This document shows, in pieces, positions 47,697 through 56,898 of a stretch of 64,000 nucleotides of DNA. A program made the translations under genes and the position numbers. A model generated the notes under the pieces. It made no database searches. It saw nothing but the letters and a program-made list of their open reading frames with translations, and was not told the DNA's origin. Positions within the stretch are counted from its first letter, which is position 1. Each line of letters starts with the position of its first letter. Origin of the DNA: a candidate division WWE3 bacterium CSP1-7 (GTDB taxonomy: Bacteria; Patescibacteriota; WWE3; 9FT-COMBO-53-11); contig LDXK01000001.1 of NCBI GenBank assembly GCA_001443395.1, forward strand, positions 1 to 64,000, read 5' to 3'.

Positions 47697-47990
47697 TCAG
47701 GCCTTTTCTTCCTTGAGAAACTCACCGGCGACGAGCGTGACCAGAGCGAGAAAGGTCGAAACCCCAACAAAGGACAAGAAAACCGTAAAAATCTTTGACA
47801 GATCAGAGGAGGGCAGTAGTTCGGCGTGACCGATCGTAATCAGAGTCGTCGAGGAAAAATAAAAGGAATCCACCAGGCTCCAACCCTCCGCCAAATAGTA
47901 GAAAAGAGTCGCCGCCAAAAGAAGGAAGACAAAGAAAAGGGAAATGATCAAAAAGTCCGCTTTGAACGTCCGACGGTGCTTAATCAGCAT
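47697..47990 (-). CDS. Potassium-channel family two-TM protein
   Basis: W...DSFYFS..TLITIGHAE pore helix and filter-like motif. Confidence 0.8.
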   Translation of the reverse strand: MLIKHRRTFKADFLIISLFFVFLLLAATLFYYLAEGWSLVDSFYFSSTTLITIGHAELLPSSDLSKIFTVFLSFVGVSTFLALVTLVAGEFLKEEKA

Positions 47991-48010
47991 AAAAGTATGC
48001 TAGCAAAATT

Positions 48011-48376
48011 TCAACCTCCCAGTGCGTCTCGAAGCGCCTTTAGAGGCAGGAGAGCGCACTCGGTCCGCGAGGTTGTCAGCGAACCGCCAAACCAAGAGAT
48101 CACATCTTTCTCACTCACTCTGGCCAACTCTTCCGTAGTCATCCCCTTGATTTTTTCCGTGAGCATGGAGGCGGCCGCCACCGAAACCGTGCAAGCATTC
48201 GCTTGGAAGGCAACCTCGGAAACCCGCGCCGGTTTGCCTCCCATCTTGATCTGCAGATCCAGCGTATCGCCGCAGAGAGGATTGGCGGCGTGAAATTCAA
48301 AGGTGGGACTAGCCACTTTTCCCTGGTTGCGGGGATGGCGGGCGTGATCCAGGATTTCTTCGCGGTAGATGTCCAT
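48011..48376 (-). CDS. sufU: SufU/IscU-type protein
   Basis: NPLCGD, AC.VS.AAAS, RTECALL. Confidence 0.92.
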   Translation of the reverse strand: MDIYREEILDHARHPRNQGKVASPTFEFHAANPLCGDTLDLQIKMGGKPARVSEVAFQANACTVSVAAASMLTEKIKGMTTEELARVSEKDVISWFGGSLTTSRTECALLPLKALRDALGG

Positions 48377-48378
48377 CG

Positions 48379-49617
48379 TTAAACTTTCAGGATCTTTTTG
48401 GCTTTTCCGATTGCCTCCACCAGCACATCAATTTCAGAAGTGGTGTTGTAAAAAGCAAAGCTGGCCCGGGCGCTGGCGTTGATCTTCAGATGGGTGTGGA
48501 GGGGCATGGCGCAGTGGTTTCCGGAACGCACCGCCACTCCTTCCTGGTCCAGAACGGTCGCTAGGTCGTGGGGGTGGATCCCGGCCACGTTGAAAGCGAT
48601 CACTCCTCCCCGATCCTCGGAATTTTGAGGACCGTAGATCGTCAGACCAGGAACCGCCGCCAGCTTTTCGAAAGCGTACTCCAAAAATTCCTCTTCGTAG
48701 TGCCGAATGTTCTCCATTCCCACGGATGATAGATAATCGACCGCCGCTCCCAACCCGATCACCGGCGCAATGCTGGGAGTACCGGCCTCAAACGTGTAGG
48801 GAGCGTCTTTGAAGGAGGACTCGCGGAGGGAGACCTCCTTAATCATCTCCCCTCCTCCCAGGAACGGAGGCATCCGCTCCAGAATTTCCGCCCTCCCCCA
48901 CAGCCCGCCCGTACCGGTCGGCCCCATCATTTTGTGGCTCGAAAAGGCGTAGAAATCGCAGCCCAAACTTGCCACGTCCACCGGCAGATGAGCCACCGCC
49001 TGCGCTCCATCAACTAAGACGGTCGCCCCCGCTTCATGAGCAACTTTGGCGAGATTCTTAACCGGGTTGACGGTGCCCAAAACATTGGAAACGTGCACGA
49101 AAGAAACCAGCTTGGGCCGCAGCCGGCGGATCGCTCCCTCGGGGTCTTCCAGGTACCCCGCGGCGGTGACTGGAACAAACTCCAGATTGAGCTTCTTGCG
49201 CTGGGCCAGAAACTGCCAGGGGACCAGATTGCTGTGGTGCTCCATCAGCGTGAGAAGGATCGTGTCTCCCTCCTTGAGAAACTTCTCTCCCCAGGAGTAA
49301 GCCACCAAATTGATCGCCTCGGTTGTTCCGCGGGTGAAGATGATCTCGGCCGGATTTCGGGCCCCAATGAACTTGGCCAACTTGCCCCGAGAACCTTCGT
49401 AAGCCGCCGTTGCTTCTTCCGCCAACAGATGAATTCCTCGATGGACATTCGCGTTGTACCTCTCGTAGTAATCACTAATAGCGTTAATCACCGATCGGGG
49501 TTTTTGGGTGGTGGCGGCGTTATCGAAGTAGACCAGAGGCTTGCCGTGCACCTTTCGGTGCAGGATCGGAAAATCGGCGCGGATTTTCTTGAGGTCGAGC
49601 GAATTAGATTTCGACAA
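48379..49617 (-). CDS. sufS: Cysteine desulfurase
   Basis: DNAATTQKP, SSHKM, RSGNHCA. Confidence 0.96.
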   Translation of the reverse strand: MSKSNSLDLKKIRADFPILHRKVHGKPLVYFDNAATTQKPRSVINAISDYYERYNANVHRGIHLLAEEATAAYEGSRGKLAKFIGARNPAEIIFTRGTTEAINLVAYSWGEKFLKEGDTILLTLMEHHSNLVPWQFLAQRKKLNLEFVPVTAAGYLEDPEGAIRRLRPKLVSFVHVSNVLGTVNPVKNLAKVAHEAGATVLVDGAQAVAHLPVDVASLGCDFYAFSSHKMMGPTGTGGLWGRAEILERMPPFLGGGEMIKEVSLRESSFKDAPYTFEAGTPSIAPVIGLGAAVDYLSSVGMENIRHYEEEFLEYAFEKLAAVPGLTIYGPQNSEDRGGVIAFNVAGIHPHDLATVLDQEGVAVRSGNHCAMPLHTHLKINASARASFAFYNTTSEIDVLVEAIGKAKKILKV

Positions 49618-49909
49618 GGATGTCTTCTCCTTCCACCTTCACCGGATAGGTCGTAATCGGAACTGTCGCCGGCAGAAAACGAACCGCCCCGCTCTTAACG
49701 TCGAAGCGGGAACCATGGCAGGGACACTCCACCTCTTGCCCAACCAAAGAACCTTCTCCTAAGGAACATTGGGCATGGGTACAGGTGTCATCAATCGCAA
49801 AAATTTCCGAGCCGATGTGCACCAGCGCCAATTTTTTACCGCCGGCGGAGAGAGTATGGATCTCTCCCTCGGGAATATCGGCGATTTTGGCAATTTTAAT
49901 CCAAGGCAT
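49604..49909 (-). CDS. Rieske-type ferredoxin
   Basis: CTH...CPCHGSRFD. Confidence 0.92.
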   Translation of the reverse strand: MPWIKIAKIADIPEGEIHTLSAGGKKLALVHIGSEIFAIDDTCTHAQCSLGEGSLVGQEVECPCHGSRFDVKSGAVRFLPATVPITTYPVKVEGEDILVEI

Positions 49910-50426
49910 AGCTGATAACTTTCTCTAGCTTCGATCCTAGCTTTTTGTCTTCCTCATCTGCAACGGCTTTCCCGAGAAATCCGGCTATCAAAAGCCGTTC
50001 GGCCTCCGCTTGGTCCAATCCCCGGCTTTTCAAGTAGAAGAGCTGTTCCTCGTCCACCCCCGAGGAGGTAGCCGCGTGAGAAGCCCGCACCTCGTCGGCT
50101 TCTATCTCGAGGTAAGGGAGAGCCTCGATCCGCGCCTCCTTCCCCAGAAGAAGCGTGCGTTCCTCCAGAAAATCGTCCGACCCCTGCGCCTTCTTTTTGA
50201 TTTTGATTAGTCCGCTGACCCGGGCGGTGGCGCGGTCCCGAAGCACTCCCCTCACCGTGACCCGGCCTCTAGTTTTGGGAGCGGTGTGGATCGCGGAAAC
50301 GTCCAGATCGATCCGGTCATCGCCTTTGCCGGCGAAAACGATGACCAATTCTTCTTCTTTCCCAACCCGGTTGAGACGCAGGACAATTTTTCGGCTTGTG
50401 TTACCAAAAATAGGAACAAGAATCAT
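49896..50426 (-). CDS. sufD: Short SufD-family protein
   Basis: PYLEIEADEVRASHAAT...LFYLKSRG; ATG overlaps sufB stop. Confidence 0.85.
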   Translation of the reverse strand: MILVPIFGNTSRKIVLRLNRVGKEEELVIVFAGKGDDRIDLDVSAIHTAPKTRGRVTVRGVLRDRATARVSGLIKIKKKAQGSDDFLEERTLLLGKEARIEALPYLEIEADEVRASHAATSSGVDEEQLFYLKSRGLDQAEAERLLIAGFLGKAVADEEDKKLGSKLEKVISYALD

Positions 50427-51817
50427 CCCACACTTCCTTCCATCTCCAACTCTATTAGTCGATTCAATTCCACCGCGTATTCCAGAGGCAGGACCTTGAT
50501 GATTGGTTCGATGAAGCCGTTCACCACCATCCCCACCGCTTCTTCGGCAGAGAGCCCCCGGCTCTGCAGATAGAAGAGCTGTTCCTCGCCCACCTTCGTC
50601 ACCGTGGCTTCGTGCGCCACCGAAGACTGCTTCTCGTTGATCTTCATCGTCGGGTAGGTATCGGAACGGGACTGGGGATCTAAAATTAAGGCATCGCACC
50701 GGACATTGGCGCGGGAACCAACCGCACCGGGATTAATCTCCAGCAATCCCCGGTAACTGGTACGTCCCCCACCCCGGCTGATGGACTTAGAGGTGATGAC
50801 GGAGGAGGTGTAAGGCGCGGCGTGGATGGCCTTCGCGCCGGCGTCCTGGTGCTGACCGGAATCGGCATAGGCCAGGGACAGGACCTCTCCCCGCGCTCCC
50901 TTTCCCATCAGGTAGACCGAGGGATACTTCATCGTGACCTTGCTCCCCAGGTTACCGTCGATCCACTCCATCACTCCGTCCTCCCCCACCCAGGCCCGTT
51001 TGGTGACGAGGTTGTAGACGTTGCGGCTCCAGTTCTGGATGGTGGTGTAGCGGACCCTCGCTCCCCTCTTGACGATGATCTCCACCACCGCTGAGTGCAG
51101 GGAATCGGTCGAATAGACCGGAGCGGTGCACCCCTCGACGTAGTGGACGAAACTGCCTTCCTCCGCGATGATCAGCGTTCTCTCAAACTGTCCCATGCTG
51201 CGGGCGTTGATGCGGAAGTAGGCCTGGAGAGGGAGGGGAACTGAGACTCCCCGAGGCACGTAGACGAACGATCCCCCGCTCCAAACGGCGGAGTTAAGCG
51301 CTGCGAACTTGTTGTCCAGCGGAGGGATGAGTGTGCCAAAATACTCTCGGACCAGGTCGGGATGCTTCGAGAGCGCTTCGTCCATTCCCAGGAAAATGAC
51401 CCCTAGCTTCTCCAAATCCTCCCGCAGGGTACCGTAGATAACCTCGCTGTCATACTGCGCTTTCAATCCCGCCAGGTACTTCCGCTCCGCCTGCGGGACA
51501 CCGATCCGCTCATAGGTTTTGCGGATCGAATCCGGAACCTGCTTCCAACTCTTTGCTTGTTTACCGGTGGGACGAAGATAATAGTAGAGGTCGTCGAATT
51601 TTATCCGAGAGAGGTTCGCACCCCAGCCGGGGAGGGATTTCTTCTCGAAAATGCCGAGAGAGCGGAGCCGAAAATCTCGCATCCAGGCTGGTTCTCCCTT
51701 AATCGCCGACATCTCCTCCACCACTCGGGAGGAGAGTCCCTTCTGGGCCTTAAAAGAGTGCTCCTCAGGATAGGAGAAACCGAAGCGATAGGGTCGGGTG
51801 GGTAAACTCTTGGTCAT
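50423..51817 (-). CDS. sufB: Fe-S assembly protein SufB
   Basis: GQFERTL, EGCTAP, LHSAVVE, LPLEYAVELNRLI. Confidence 0.96.
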   Translation of the reverse strand: MTKSLPTRPYRFGFSYPEEHSFKAQKGLSSRVVEEMSAIKGEPAWMRDFRLRSLGIFEKKSLPGWGANLSRIKFDDLYYYLRPTGKQAKSWKQVPDSIRKTYERIGVPQAERKYLAGLKAQYDSEVIYGTLREDLEKLGVIFLGMDEALSKHPDLVREYFGTLIPPLDNKFAALNSAVWSGGSFVYVPRGVSVPLPLQAYFRINARSMGQFERTLIIAEEGSFVHYVEGCTAPVYSTDSLHSAVVEIIVKRGARVRYTTIQNWSRNVYNLVTKRAWVGEDGVMEWIDGNLGSKVTMKYPSVYLMGKGARGEVLSLAYADSGQHQDAGAKAIHAAPYTSSVITSKSISRGGGRTSYRGLLEINPGAVGSRANVRCDALILDPQSRSDTYPTMKINEKQSSVAHEATVTKVGEEQLFYLQSRGLSAEEAVGMVVNGFIEPIIKVLPLEYAVELNRLIELEMEGSVG

Positions 51818-52524
51818 TTGAAAGATTTGTAACCGTCTTTTTCCAACTTCTCCGCCAGTTCTTCTCCGCCGGTGGCGGCGATCCGGCCATCAATCAAAAC
51901 GTGGACATAATTGGGGTTAAGGTACCTGAGAATTCGCTGATAGTGCGTGATAATTAGAACCCCCGTCCCCGCCTCCGCCAAAAACCGAATGCTCGCCGCG
52001 ATCATTTTCAGCGCGTCCACGTCCAAGCCGGAATCGATTTCGTCAAAGATAGCGAATTTCGGCCGCAGCGCCAACGCCTGCAGGACCTCACTGCGCTTCT
52101 TCTCGCCTCCGGAGAGATCGAGATTGACGGTTCGCCTCAGAAAACTCTCTTCTAATCCCACTCGAGGCATCGCCTCGTTCAAGCCCGCCAGAACATCCAT
52201 CGCCGCCGTTCCCTTCTTCGCCGTTTTGATGAGGTTGAAGAGGGAAACTCCCTCAATTCCCACGGGGTATTGAAAGGCCAGAAAGAGACCGGCCCGGAAG
52301 CGTTTTTCGGGAGAAAGAGAGGAGAGATTCCGTTGACCCAAGAGGATCCGTCCCGATACCGAATAACCGGGATGCCCGGCCAGCGCCAGCGCCAGGGTTG
52401 ATTTGCCGGAACCGTTTGGACCCATCAGAGCGTGGATCTCGCCGGGGCGGATTACCAGATCCACTCCCTGCAGAACCCTTTTGCTGCCCACGGAAACTTT
52501 TAGGTTACGGACTTCTAATTTCAT
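51814..52524 (-). CDS. sufC: Fe-S assembly ATPase SufC
   Basis: GPNGSGKS, FQYP, SGGEKKR, DEIDSGLD, THYQR. Confidence 0.96.
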   Translation of the reverse strand: MKLEVRNLKVSVGSKRVLQGVDLVIRPGEIHALMGPNGSGKSTLALALAGHPGYSVSGRILLGQRNLSSLSPEKRFRAGLFLAFQYPVGIEGVSLFNLIKTAKKGTAAMDVLAGLNEAMPRVGLEESFLRRTVNLDLSGGEKKRSEVLQALALRPKFAIFDEIDSGLDVDALKMIAASIRFLAEAGTGVLIITHYQRILRYLNPNYVHVLIDGRIAATGGEELAEKLEKDGYKSFK

Positions 52525-52814
52525 ATAAAACCGAGCTGGGCCCGAGCCTCCCTCGACATCATCTGCATATTCCAGGGCGGAACCCAGACCACCGAGACCA
52601 AAGCCTTAGCCACGCCGGGAACGCCCCGCGCCGCTTTTTCAATGTCCTTAATCATTTTCGGAAGGTAGGGGCAGAAGGGGGTGGTCGGCGACATGGTAAT
52701 CCGGGCCTCTCCTCCATTAACGGTTACTCTATAGATCAGGCCCAGGTCCACGACATTTATCCCCAGCTCGGCATCATCCACTTTTTTTAAGGCCTGCAAG
52801 ATCTTATTTTTCAT
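52521..52814 (-). CDS. DUF59/SufT-family protein
   Basis: D.ELGINVVDLGL, TTPFCP, VW.PPW. Confidence 0.9.
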   Translation of the reverse strand: MKNKILQALKKVDDAELGINVVDLGLIYRVTVNGGEARITMSPTTPFCPYLPKMIKDIEKAARGVPGVAKALVSVVWVPPWNMQMMSREARAQLGFI

Positions 52815-52818
52815 GGAA

Positions 52819-53241
52819 CTATACCGGAATCAGCTTGTGCGGATTACCGGAAATCAGATCGGCCAGGGTCACTCGCTGGAGCGTCTTGTGCAGGTGGCGC
52901 TGAAGAACCTCCCAAAACCCCCGGGTAGCGCAATCGGAAAGAGAGCACTGGGAATCCTGGCAGGGAACGGTCTGCAGAGGCCCCTCCAGAACTTCCAAAA
53001 TCTCCACCAAACTTATCATTTCCGGGCGCCGCGTCAGCAGGTAGCCGCCGTGACGACCGCGCTGGGCGGTCAACAGCTGTGATTTTTTCAAGTCAAAGGC
53101 GATCTGTTCCAAGAAGGTTAGCGGGAGACGGCAGGAAGCAGCAATTTCCGAAAGAGAATGGGGTTTTTTGTCCAGATCTTTGGCGAGAGATGCCATTAAG
53201 AGAATCCCATAGTCTCCGCGAGAAGTGAGCAATCTTGGCAT
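52819..53241 (-). CDS. Rrf2-family regulator (IscR-like, 3 Cys)
   Basis: FLEQI, RG.HGGY.L, C-x4-C-x4-C. Confidence 0.9.
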   Translation of the reverse strand: MPRLLTSRGDYGILLMASLAKDLDKKPHSLSEIAASCRLPLTFLEQIAFDLKKSQLLTAQRGRHGGYLLTRRPEMISLVEILEVLEGPLQTVPCQDSQCSLSDCATRGFWEVLQRHLHKTLQRVTLADLISGNPHKLIPV

Positions 53242-53249
53242 TTCAAATA

Positions 53250-53280
53250 AATTATTACTAAAACAGTAATGATTAGTCAA
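53250..53280 (-). promoter_or_regulatory. suf promoter with inverted repeat, candidate Rrf2 operator
   Basis: TTGACT-17-TAATAA; AATTATTACT-AAAAC-AGTAATGATT dyad. Confidence 0.55.
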
Positions 53281-53330
53281 TTAACCAATAACTAGAGGAG
53301 GTAGTTGACTGGTGGAATTTCCGATAATTG

Positions 53331-53358
53331 GTGCTGTCTTCGCTCCGCTCGGTTGCAA
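53331..53358 (-). repeat. Short dispersed repeat, copy 3
   Basis: TTGCAACCGAGCGGAGCGAAGACAGCAC. Confidence 0.7.
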
Positions 53359-53398
53359 TTTTTCTTTGCAAAAGTAGTGATAAAATTAGTGCGTCCAT

Positions 53399-53472
53399 TG
53401 CGGGATGGTGCAACGGTAGCACGGTGGACTCTGAATCCATTAATCTTGGTTCGAATCCAAGTCCCGCAGCCA
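53399..53472 (+). tRNA. tRNA-Gln (CTG)
   Basis: TGCGGGA/TCCCGCA acceptor stem, loop CT-CTG-AA, GGTTCGAATCC, encoded CCA. Confidence 0.95.
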
Positions 53473-53505
53473 TTCGACTCTGGTTCGACAAGCTCACCAT
53501 CACTC

Positions 53506-53766
53506 ATGGCCTATTTTGTCTACATTCTTCGCACTTCCTCAAATACCCTCTATACGGGTCAAACTGACAATCTGGAACGCAGACTCAAAGACCATAGGGA
53601 GAAATCTTCTAGATCTGCAAAGTATATACGGTATTTCCCTTCTTTTGATCTGGTCTACACAGAAACATTTCCTTCAAGAATTGAAGCGATGCGAAGAGAA
53701 CTTCAACTCAAACGATGGTCAAAAGCTGAAAAGGAAGCCCTGATCTATAATCGGAGGAGTATTTGA
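53506..53766 (+). CDS. GIY-YIG nuclease (YhbQ-like)
   Basis: VYIL...LYTGQT.NLERR..H...A.RRE.QLK. Confidence 0.9.
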   Translation: MAYFVYILRTSSNTLYTGQTDNLERRLKDHREKSSRSAKYIRYFPSFDLVYTETFPSRIEAMRRELQLKRWSKAEKEALIYNRRSI

Positions 53767-53767
53767 T

Positions 53768-54730
53768 ATGTTAATTGATGAGGTAACGATTAAAGTAAAT
53801 GCCGGTAATGGTGGAAGGGGGGCAGTTGCGTTCAATAAGACTTTAATGAGCCTAGGGCCGACAGGCGGAAGCGGCGGCAGGGGCGGCAGCGTTTATTTTG
53901 AAGGTGTTTCTGACTTAAACTCACTAAGTAGATTTAGATATAAGAAAAATATAAATGCTGATAATGGCGCGGTTGGAGGGGGACAATTTCGTGACGGTCC
54001 AGACGGAGAGGATCTGACGATAAAAATTCCTGTCGGAACTGTAATCTCTAAAATAGAGACAAACGAAACTGAAGAAATATTAAAAGTTGGCGATAAGATA
54101 TTAATTACAAAAGGCGGTATTGGTGGAAAAGGGAATTTTCTCTTCCGGTCTTCTACAAATACTTCTCCAAAGCAGTTTCAGGAAGGCCTGCCCGGCGAAC
54201 ACACCACCGTAAAACTGGAACTTAAACTTATCGCCGATGTAGGTTTTATCGGTTTACCGAACGCCGGGAAATCCAGTTTGTTGAATGAACTCACCAAAGC
54301 ACAAAGTAAGGTCGCGAATTACCCTTTCACAACCTTAGAACCAAATTTAGGAGCATATTATGAAATTATACTTGCGGATATTCCGGGACTTATCGAAGGC
54401 GCGTCTTCCGGCAAAGGATTGGGAATAAAATTTCTTCGCCACATTGAGCGCACAAAGATACTTTTCCATTTAATTTCCGCGGAATCGGAAAGTCCAGTCA
54501 AAGATTACAAAACAATCAAGAATGAGCTCGAAACTTACAGTAAGGAACTCATAAAGAAAACCGAGTACGTATTTCTAAGTAAGAGCGATATGGTAGAACC
54601 GGAAGATCTGAAGAAGAAAATTACTAAGATAAAGAAAATTAATAAAAATGTTTTCCCAGTTTCGATTCATGACTGGGAAAGCTTAAATAAAGTAAAAAAG
54701 ATTTTAAACGAGATTAAGGCGAAAAAATAA
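53768..54730 (+). CDS. obgE: GTPase Obg
   Basis: Gly-rich Obg domain, GLPNAGKS, YPFTTLEP, DIPGLIEGA. Confidence 0.96.
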   Translation: MLIDEVTIKVNAGNGGRGAVAFNKTLMSLGPTGGSGGRGGSVYFEGVSDLNSLSRFRYKKNINADNGAVGGGQFRDGPDGEDLTIKIPVGTVISKIETNETEEILKVGDKILITKGGIGGKGNFLFRSSTNTSPKQFQEGLPGEHTTVKLELKLIADVGFIGLPNAGKSSLLNELTKAQSKVANYPFTTLEPNLGAYYEIILADIPGLIEGASSGKGLGIKFLRHIERTKILFHLISAESESPVKDYKTIKNELETYSKELIKKTEYVFLSKSDMVEPEDLKKKITKIKKINKNVFPVSIHDWESLNKVKKILNEIKAKK

Positions 54731-54885
54731 GAAGGTCCTAGACCGACACGCACAGTCCACTCGACATACTACAGGATATGTGGTACAGTTTAATCTCCTC
54801 TTGTGATAGATGAATACCGAGCTCTTCTAACGTATCTCGATGGTTCATCCGCACTGAGATATTAGAAAAAGCTATTAAGGTATTC

Positions 54886-56094
54886 ATGCGTCATTACTCC
54901 CGTAGACCGAGAAAACAAAATATCGGCGGCCCGAAGGCGTTTTATAACGGCCGACCCATTCGCTTCCCAAGGGATCAAGGCGCTTATATCAATCCCGAAA
55001 GATTCATTAATAAAGCCCTAGTTCAGGCGGACCAAGCTGATTTCGTGCCGCAACACCAATTTAAGGACTTCCCTTTGGAAGAGAGATTGCAACTCAATAT
55101 CAAAGCCCGAGGTTACACGGATCCGACTCCGATTCAAGATGCGGCTATTCAACCGATCTTAGAGGGCAAGGACCTGATTGGGTTGGCTAACACCGGCAGC
55201 GGCAAGACCGCCGCCTTTCTATTACCAATACTGCACCATTTAAGACAGTTCCCTTATCAAGAAGCGGCGGTTTTGGTTTTGGTCCCAACCAGAGAACTGG
55301 CAGCTCAGATCGACGAAGAATTTAAAGTTTTCGCCTGGGGTCTTAAACTCTATTCTGCGCTATGTGTTGGGGGAGCAAGTATAAATCGGCAGATCGCAGC
55401 TCTTAATCGCCGCCCCCAAGTCATCATCGGTACTCCAGGACGTCTTACGGACCTGTTCGACCGAGGAGTGCTGCGGTTGGACGGGATTCGGATTCTAGTT
55501 TTGGACGAGGTCGACCGAATGCTCGATATGGGATTTATTAGAGAAATTAGATTCTTGATAGCTCAACTACCAAGGGAGCGCCAGTCGCTCTGTTTTAGCG
55601 CCACAATGCCAACAGAGATCGAACAGTTAATGAGGGAAATGATGGTTAATCCCGTTACGGTATCAGTCAAAACGGGATTGACCAGCGAATTTATCGAGCA
55701 AGACGTCATCCAAGCTTCATCTAAAGAGCAGAAGATCGAAATCCTAAATGGGCTTCTGCACCAGCCCGATTTTGAAAAAGTCCTCGTTTTCGGAAGAACA
55801 AAATGGGGAGTCCAGGAGCTAGCCGATAGCTTATCGGCGCTGGGCCACTCGACCGAATCAATTCACGGCAATAAGTCGCAACCACAGCGTCAGCGCGCCC
55901 TAAGATCCTTTAAAGAAAACCGCGTCAAAGTGCTTATCGCGACCGATGTCGCCGCCCGCGGGCTGGATATCCCCGACGTCAGCCACGTCATTAACTTTGA
56001 TCAGCCCAATACTTACAACGATTATATCCACCGGATTGGTCGAACTGCCCGAGCCGGTAAGCAGGGTAAAGCCCTGACTTTTGTTTCTAGCTAA
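54886..56094 (+). CDS. DEAD-box RNA helicase
   Basis: PTPIQ, TGSGKT, PTRELA, DEVD, SAT, HRIGRTAR. Confidence 0.95.
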   Translation: MRHYSRRPRKQNIGGPKAFYNGRPIRFPRDQGAYINPERFINKALVQADQADFVPQHQFKDFPLEERLQLNIKARGYTDPTPIQDAAIQPILEGKDLIGLANTGSGKTAAFLLPILHHLRQFPYQEAAVLVLVPTRELAAQIDEEFKVFAWGLKLYSALCVGGASINRQIAALNRRPQVIIGTPGRLTDLFDRGVLRLDGIRILVLDEVDRMLDMGFIREIRFLIAQLPRERQSLCFSATMPTEIEQLMREMMVNPVTVSVKTGLTSEFIEQDVIQASSKEQKIEILNGLLHQPDFEKVLVFGRTKWGVQELADSLSALGHSTESIHGNKSQPQRQRALRSFKENRVKVLIATDVAARGLDIPDVSHVINFDQPNTYNDYIHRIGRTARAGKQGKALTFVSS

Positions 56095-56170
56095 TGCATA
56101 GAGATATAATTGGTCCCGACCAACACGCTGAGTCATTCGACTCTGGTTCGGTGGTATAATTATTATAGGT

Positions 56171-56809
56171 ATGATTAAGAAAATTTTGATCTGGGCAGTT
56201 TTAATTTTAGGTCTAGCCGGGGCAACCTGGGGAATGGCGAAACTCGCCAGTGCCCCTAGTGGCAAAGCCGCCACTCTGGCAAACGCCGTTTCCGATTCCG
56301 ACTGGATCAGGGGGAAAAGGGGCGCCAAGGTTGTGCTAGTGGAGTACAGCGACTTTCAATGCCCGGCCTGCGCCTTTTATGCGCCGATCGTGAACAGTAT
56401 CATGGAAGAGTTCGGGGACAAAATCGCTTTTGTATATCGCCACTTCCCGCTCCCCCAACACAAGCAAGCTGAGTTGGCGGCCCGGGCGGCGGAAGCGGCC
56501 GGAAAACAAGGCAAGTTCTGGGAAATGGCCGATCTGATTTTTGTGAATCAAAAAGACTGGGCCGAAAAAAGCAATGCGCGGGAAACTCTCGTTTCCTACG
56601 CTCAACTCCTAAATCTGGATATGAATCGATTTGGAACGGAACTGGATTCCGCCGCGGTTAAAAAGGAGATCGAGAGCGATTACCTGAGCGGGGCCGCTAT
56701 CATCGACTACACTCCCACCTTCTTCCTGAACGGAGAGAGAATTCAAAATCCCCAGAGCTACGACGCTTTCCGCGAACTCATTATCCAGAAACTCAACCAA
56801 AATCCTTAA
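56171..56809 (+). CDS. DsbA-family thiol oxidoreductase
   Basis: EYSDFQCPAC, RHFPL, TPTFFLNG. Confidence 0.92.
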   Translation: MIKKILIWAVLILGLAGATWGMAKLASAPSGKAATLANAVSDSDWIRGKRGAKVVLVEYSDFQCPACAFYAPIVNSIMEEFGDKIAFVYRHFPLPQHKQAELAARAAEAAGKQGKFWEMADLIFVNQKDWAEKSNARETLVSYAQLLNLDMNRFGTELDSAAVKKEIESDYLSGAAIIDYTPTFFLNGERIQNPQSYDAFRELIIQKLNQNP

Positions 56810-56898
56810 GCTCGTCCGCTGAGCGATATAGATTATCTCTCCCAATAAAAGGTAAAGTTATAGGAGATGTTACTCAAATCAAGAGGGGGTGATTTTTG

